IMG/VR virus record: IMGVR_UViG_3300048599_000194
Span: 64,001-128,000 of that record
Source: a virus
Taxonomy: Duplodnaviria > Heunggongvirae > Uroviricota > Caudoviricetes
Length of the DNA stretch: 64,000 nucleotides
Direction: 5' to 3' (one strand)
Shown here: piece after piece, positions 59,395 through 64,000 of the stretch
Numbering within the stretch: the first letter of the stretch is position 1
Layout: the number at the start of each line of letters is the position of its first letter
The notes under the pieces: model-generated
The model's database searches: none
Seen by the model: the letters and a program-made list of their open reading frames with translations, nothing else
Told to the model about the DNA's origin: nothing
Made by a program: the position numbers and the translations under genes

Positions 59395-60270
59395 ATGGGT
59401 GGAAGAGTAATTGGAGATCAAGATAGAGAAATACTAGCAAGTATGGGGATAGATCCAGATACTTTAGGGACCACGTCAGTCCAAGAAGTTAGGATTGAAG
59501 ATAATGACTTATATTTACCAATCAAGGGATTACCTTCGGGTGGTAAGTTATATAGAAACCAAATGGGAATCCCCATTACGATCAAGGGTATGCCATTTAA
59601 GGTGGAAGATACTACAGCACTTGCGGCTATGAAAGACGAAGAAAATCATGAGGTTGTAGATGATGTATTTCGCAAAAGATTGAAAGGGGTTCAACCAGAA
59701 GAACTTCTAGAAATGGATAGGAAATACATATTGGCTTGGATGCGTGAGCAAACATTTCAAAGGGCACCTTTACGCAGAACATTTGCGTGTTCACACTGTG
59801 GACATGTAAATCTACATAGAATAGTCGAACTTAAAGATTTTGTCAAGTATGTACTACCTGATGGAGTAAGTGAACCAGAATTTGATCTACCAGAATCAAA
59901 TAAGCGAGTTAAATTAAGATTTGAACGTAGACGCGACGTAATTAGAGTTAGGGATTATATTAAGCAGTTTGAGAATTATAGGAGAATAACTGATGCTGAT
60001 GTTAAACGGTTTAGAATTGCTTCGCTGATAGACGGAAAGAGTTTAGAAACTGCGCTTGAATTCATGGCTGAATTAAGCCCAATTGATAATGCAGTGCTTA
60101 ATACTCAATTCGATAGATGTAATATGGGTATGACCGACATTGCCGCATTGAACTGCGAAAAGGAGGAGTGCGAGAACACAAACCTCGTACCCGTGCCCTT
60201 TCGATCTGAATACTTTGTTCCCAGAATTGGACCTGATTTGGTTGATCAAGGTGAAAGCATCGCTATCTAA
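59395..60270 (+). CDS. gp26: Baseplate hub / tail assembly chaperone (gp26-like)
   Basis: LPSGGKLY, L..DRKYIL.WMR, CSHCG, F.LPES..VKLR, C....C near the C-terminus. Confidence 0.75.
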   Translation: MGGRVIGDQDREILASMGIDPDTLGTTSVQEVRIEDNDLYLPIKGLPSGGKLYRNQMGIPITIKGMPFKVEDTTALAAMKDEENHEVVDDVFRKRLKGVQPEELLEMDRKYILAWMREQTFQRAPLRRTFACSHCGHVNLHRIVELKDFVKYVLPDGVSEPEFDLPESNKRVKLRFERRRDVIRVRDYIKQFENYRRITDADVKRFRIASLIDGKSLETALEFMAELSPIDNAVLNTQFDRCNMGMTDIAALNCEKEECENTNLVPVPFRSEYFVPRIGPDLVDQGESIAI

Positions 60271-60400
60271 GTATCTCGGAACCAGCATTAATACTTTTGA
60301 TAAAATGTTTTTATTCGAGTTCTTCGAATACTTAGATTACGTTCATAGAAAAATAGAAGACGATAGATCGTCCAGAATGAACAATATAATACAATCCTAA
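60200..60400 (+). CDS. gp51-like chaperone extension in the +1 frame, probably reached by frameshift from gp26
   Basis: Frame open from 60152 to 60400; encodes LIKVKASLSKY.GTS....DKM..FEF..Y..Y..RKIE (gp51/gpT-like); only a TTG start without SD. Confidence 0.6.
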   Translation, partial: FDLNTLFPELDLIWLIKVKASLSKYLGTSINTFDKMFLFEFFEYLDYVHRKIEDDRSSRMNNIIQS

Positions 60401-60408
60401 ATAATAGA

Positions 60409-62370
60409 ATGGCATTGAATCCTACAGATATGACTTTACAGCGACTTGCAGTGTCTCTTGGACAGCTAGTCGATCAATTGCAAGTCACTAAGTCAACTAA
60501 AAAAGATATTCAAATAGAAGATGTAATCAAGGCGTTGAATTTAACCTTCAAGACAACAAAGGGAGACATCGGAGAATTAAAATCTCTATTGAAGGTTAGT
60601 AAAAACACTGGAAATTCTGCACAATACGAAAAACTAATTAAGATGTTAGAGCTTCTGGTTAAATCGTATGATAATCCAGATGTTAAGCAGATGAATAGGC
60701 TCGGTATTACAACTCAAAACTTAATTGCAGAGATATCTTCACTTAGGGACGAAGTTAAATCTACTAACCTCAAGGGTAATGAAAAAGCAAATTTAAGCCT
60801 GCTTAGTCAGGCAATTGCAGATGGTCAAAAACAATATGCATTAAGTGGATTTGGAAAGGATGCTAGTAATTTTTATAAGAAAGCTACACTAGAGCAAATG
60901 AGATTGCTTCGTCAAATAGATAAACACATAGATGAAGGAATACCACTTAAAAATTTAGGTAAGAAATCTCCATTAGAAAAAGCTAAAGAACTTGGATCAA
61001 AAGCATTAAGCTCGGGTCCATTACAAGCCGCCGCCGATATGGTTCTAAAGGGTATGGGATTTGGTACATTACCTGGAGAGTTTTTAGATATTTTCTCAAG
61101 ATCAATGGGAAAATCTAAGTCGAGTGTAAAAGATGCGGAGAAGGCAGAACTACAATCGATGAAAGTTAAAGGATTAATTGAGGCTAAAGAAAAATCTCAA
61201 TTAGCATTAGACTATAATAGGACAATACAGGAACGAGCTAAAGAAGTAAAAAGCTCGGCAGTAGCAACTAAGACAAATCTAACTATTGAGTTAAGTAAAG
61301 CAATAGCAGATGCAATGAGAATTAATGAGGACATTTCTGCGAAGTATGCTGTTGAAGGCGAACCAGGATTAGCCGATGCCAATAAAATTGCAGATGCTAT
61401 CAAGACTAATAGCATAAGTAAATCAGAAATCGAAAGTCTATTAAAATCAATTGAAGCTAAAGGTAAAGCAGGTAGTGTCTCGTCAGAGGAATTATTGAAA
61501 AATTTCTCAGAAGTTGCCGAATATTCGAACATAATTGAAGAACAAGAAAAGATAATCGCAGAAACTGCAGTTGGAATACAAGAATCAATCGACAAGGTGG
61601 CAGAATTATTCCTAGATTTGCGAGAAATACTAGGAAAGGAATTGAAAAATGAACTAGCAATGATAGATAAGCTCATTTCTGGTATGAAGAATATAGACGA
61701 GGAGACTGCCGCAGGAATTAAGAGTGATAAAATCACCCGTAAATTAGCTAATATGGCTAGTGTATCTGGTGTTGCAGAGGATGAACTTCACGGAATAATA
61801 GGCGGAGAATCCAATAGCAAATACATGCGAGAATATGAAGCACAGGCGCAATATGGTGGAAAGAAATTACCGAGTGAGTTGGCTAGATCTGCATTTATGG
61901 AAAATTCATTTAGAGCCGCAATATATGGAGAAGAAGCATTAGCTAAAAAAGTTAAGACTCCCGGTGATGAATTTGAAGAGAAGGTTAGAGTGACAAACGA
62001 GAGATTGAGTAAATCTCCCCCACCAACCCCACCAGAATTACAACCACAAAACAACATACCTGAATTAATTGGAGAAAATACGGCTACATCTGAACACGGG
62101 GAAATGTTGGAAAATGGGCTTAGCTTAGATGAAATTAGCGATATAGTCTCAGAGTCAATAAATGAATTCCTCAAGAATTTCGAGGAATCAATGAAGGATA
62201 GGGATCGCGATAATAAAGAACAATCCGAATTGTTAAGAAGATCACTTATGAGTGGAGAAGTAAAGGTCAGTGTAGTAAACTTAAAAGACTTGCCACCTCC
62301 AAGCGTCCACGTATCTCAAGGCGGGGGCGGTGATAGCTCAGGTGGAAGTTCAGATGCTTTTGGAGATTAA
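60409..62370 (+). CDS. Tape measure / hub protein (gp29-like)
   Basis: 653-aa helical A/K/E-rich protein directly after the gp26/gp51-like chaperones. Confidence 0.6.
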   Translation: MALNPTDMTLQRLAVSLGQLVDQLQVTKSTKKDIQIEDVIKALNLTFKTTKGDIGELKSLLKVSKNTGNSAQYEKLIKMLELLVKSYDNPDVKQMNRLGITTQNLIAEISSLRDEVKSTNLKGNEKANLSLLSQAIADGQKQYALSGFGKDASNFYKKATLEQMRLLRQIDKHIDEGIPLKNLGKKSPLEKAKELGSKALSSGPLQAAADMVLKGMGFGTLPGEFLDIFSRSMGKSKSSVKDAEKAELQSMKVKGLIEAKEKSQLALDYNRTIQERAKEVKSSAVATKTNLTIELSKAIADAMRINEDISAKYAVEGEPGLADANKIADAIKTNSISKSEIESLLKSIEAKGKAGSVSSEELLKNFSEVAEYSNIIEEQEKIIAETAVGIQESIDKVAELFLDLREILGKELKNELAMIDKLISGMKNIDEETAAGIKSDKITRKLANMASVSGVAEDELHGIIGGESNSKYMREYEAQAQYGGKKLPSELARSAFMENSFRAAIYGEEALAKKVKTPGDEFEEKVRVTNERLSKSPPPTPPELQPQNNIPELIGENTATSEHGEMLENGLSLDEISDIVSESINEFLKNFEESMKDRDRDNKEQSELLRRSLMSGEVKVSVVNLKDLPPPSVHVSQGGGGDSSGGSSDAFGD

Positions 62371-62373
62371 TAG

Positions 62374-63213
62374 ATGACATTAAGAAGCGAAATTAGCACA
62401 TATTTTGGAAAAACCGTTTCTGGATTTGTTGCGAACAAATTTATGGTTGAAATATCCGCAATGAATATGTCAACCTTGCGGTTTTATGTAAAGAAAGTAT
62501 CGATTCCGTATGAGACGTTGAATGTTAGTGAAGATATATACGTTAGTGATGTTACATTGGCTAAGCCAAGAAACATAACTTCAGTGCAGACACCTTCAGA
62601 AATATCATTCGCATTTAGAATGGATCCTGAAAATACGATAATTAAAAGTCTGGAATCGTTATTTGCAAGTACTCATAACATACAAACATTTGAAGTCACT
62701 AGATCAGCTAAATTGTTTAACATTACTGTAACTCTTTACGGAACTGATCATTCAGTTAAATATTCAAAATCATTTAACAACTGCAGTATAATTAAAATGG
62801 AATCATATGATCTTGATGCATCTGATCGTAAATTAAAAGAATATAGCGCAACTTTCTTATGTAATAGAATTGATTATAGTCAATATTCATCAACGGGGGC
62901 ATCAGTTGAAGTTGCAATTAATACTTCATGCCAGAAGCTAAAAGATGCATATGATGCGGCAAAGAAAAAATACACTGGCGTACTTAACGGACAGCCTTCA
63001 ACTTCAATTACCTCCGAAGTTATAGACAAGGCGTTAAATGAAAGCAATATTATACCTACTTATGTTAATATGCTAAACAATTCAAAAGCATGTAGATGGG
63101 ATGAGAAATTTCCAATAGGTGTTGATATTCCAGTTGCAGCTAGAACTCATCTATATAATAGACTGATTAAAGGTGGAGTCCCTGCAGATCATATTCAAAA
63201 TGGAACTGCATAA
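62374..63213 (+). CDS. Tail tube-like / tube initiator protein (gp54/gp19 fold)
   Basis: NKFMVEI, YVKKVSIP, EISFAFR.D, YDLDAS..LKEYSATF. Confidence 0.6.
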   Translation: MTLRSEISTYFGKTVSGFVANKFMVEISAMNMSTLRFYVKKVSIPYETLNVSEDIYVSDVTLAKPRNITSVQTPSEISFAFRMDPENTIIKSLESLFASTHNIQTFEVTRSAKLFNITVTLYGTDHSVKYSKSFNNCSIIKMESYDLDASDRKLKEYSATFLCNRIDYSQYSSTGASVEVAINTSCQKLKDAYDAAKKKYTGVLNGQPSTSITSEVIDKALNESNIIPTYVNMLNNSKACRWDEKFPIGVDIPVAARTHLYNRLIKGGVPADHIQNGTA

Positions 63214-63864
63214 TTATTCAGACGAATAAGCATTTCTAATAGTAGAAGTAGATGACGCTTTCTTTTCAAATATTGCAAGATCGTAATCGAAAGTAACATT
63301 AAATTTATACAATTCATTTCCTTCATATGCTAATTTTACATTATCGATATTAGTTGGCTTAATGTTTAGAAATTTAATCTTGAATAATTCATCACCTGTC
63401 ACATAACTAAAACATGAAAGAATTACGGCATTTGTATTTACATGTTCACCTTTGGAATAATCTCCAGTATTCAATGCAAATTTTTCATTTAGTGGATTGG
63501 TCATTATCGAAGTATCACCTTCAGAGAATTCACCTCCATTCATGCATTGTTGATGCCATCTTAGTAATGAATTGTATCCTAATAGATTTTCGCCTTCTAA
63601 GATTGTCATATTGATAGTCCCTGCATTGTTAACCGAAGTTGCCACTTTTCTCTCAACTCCGAAATAAAACATCGAGTCGGTTTCACTTTGAAATTTTGGA
63701 ACTTCGGCGTCCTTGACGTGAAAAGATAACAACTCTGAACCTGGATATAAACTTGAATTACTGAATTCTGAGAAATTAAATGTAACTAGCCATTTAGTTG
63801 TTCGTATAGGCTCAGAGGTCTTCTCTAGTGCAGTTACAAAATATCCATACTTCTTATCTAACAT
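63214..63864 (-). CDS. Tail tube protein paralog (gp19-like); start reassigned to ATG at 63864
   Basis: EPIRTTKW.V.F, VKDAEVP, GTINMTILE, W.., V.LAYE.NE..F.VTFDYD; CCTAAATAATAGAATG start context identical to that at 60409. Confidence 0.75.
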   Translation of the reverse strand: MLDKKYGYFVTALEKTSEPIRTTKWLVTFNFSEFSNSSLYPGSELLSFHVKDAEVPKFQSETDSMFYFGVERKVATSVNNAGTINMTILEGENLLGYNSLLRWHQQCMNGGEFSEGDTSIMTNPLNEKFALNTGDYSKGEHVNTNAVILSCFSYVTGDELFKIKFLNIKPTNIDNVKLAYEGNELYKFNVTFDYDLAIFEKKASSTSTIRNAYSSE

Positions 63865-63877
63865 TCTATTATTTAGG

Positions 63878-63909
63878 AAAAAATAAAGGCTCTCCCAATG
63901 GGAGAGCCT
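63878..63909 (-). terminator. Rho-independent terminator
   Basis: AGGCTCTCCC-ATT-GGGAGAGCCT followed by TTATTTTTT on the minus strand. Confidence 0.85.
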
Positions 63910-63934
63910 ATTTGAATAGAAATAATGAATTAAA

Positions 63935-64000
63935 TTACATTCCATTACCCATCGAACCGAGCTTCGATGGAACTACGAAATTGTAGTAGTCTTGATGTGA
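63935..64000 (-). CDS. C-terminal end of an upstream gene, possibly the major tail tube protein
   Basis: ...SHQDYYNFVVPSKLGSMGNGM*, followed by a strong terminator. Confidence 0.45.
   Translation of the reverse strand, partial: SHQDYYNFVVPSKLGSMGNGM

Noticed and set aside
63865-63945. N-terminal 27 codons of the 243-aa ORF in the ORF track
   Set aside because: They span a terminator hairpin and the late promoter; the true start is probably ATG at 63864
1-64000. Stop-codon reassignment (alternative genetic code)
   Set aside because: Core genes are full length under the standard code, and TAA, TAG and TGA all terminate genes
1-64000. tRNA genes, IS elements, homing endonucleases
   Set aside because: No cloverleaf or T-loop pattern in the short intergenic gaps; no transposase, GIY-YIG or HNH motifs recognised

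Overview
AT-rich segment of a large, divergent T4-like (Tevenvirinae-related or jumbo) myovirus genome. The left part (1-16.5 kb) is a replication/recombination block: uvsX (partial), a Pth2-like gene, gp43 DNA polymerase, a glycosyltransferase, gp47, a HAD nucleotidase, the gp55 late sigma, an ankyrin and pentapeptide pair, gp46, a metallophosphoesterase, uvsY and uvsW. At the transcription divergence point (13.65-14.19 kb) lies a GC-rich structured non-coding region followed by short repeats. An RpoD-like sigma factor follows, then the head module (gp13, gp23, gp22, gp21, a small core ORF, gp20, acidic internal proteins) and a tail/baseplate module (gp3, gp7-like, a gp25 fused to adhesin-like domains, gp6, an M15+pesticin-like lysin, gp5, gp27, gp53, gp48, gp26/gp51, tape measure, tube paralogs). 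Most notable signals: (1) a ~300-nt structured RNA with a 7-bp kissing loop and a G-tract next to iteron-like repeats upstream of uvsY, a candidate RNA-primed origin; (2) a CCC_UUU_CGA +1 frameshift candidate joining gp26 and gp51 just before the tape measure gene; (3) 16 late genes with TAAATA exactly 5-6 nt before the start codon, implying leaderless mRNAs; (4) a family B polymerase with altered motifs (AHTDS, TRAHY) near a glycosyltransferase. No tRNA, rRNA, CRISPR array or IS element was seen. All product calls come from recognising motifs by eye, not from database searches.
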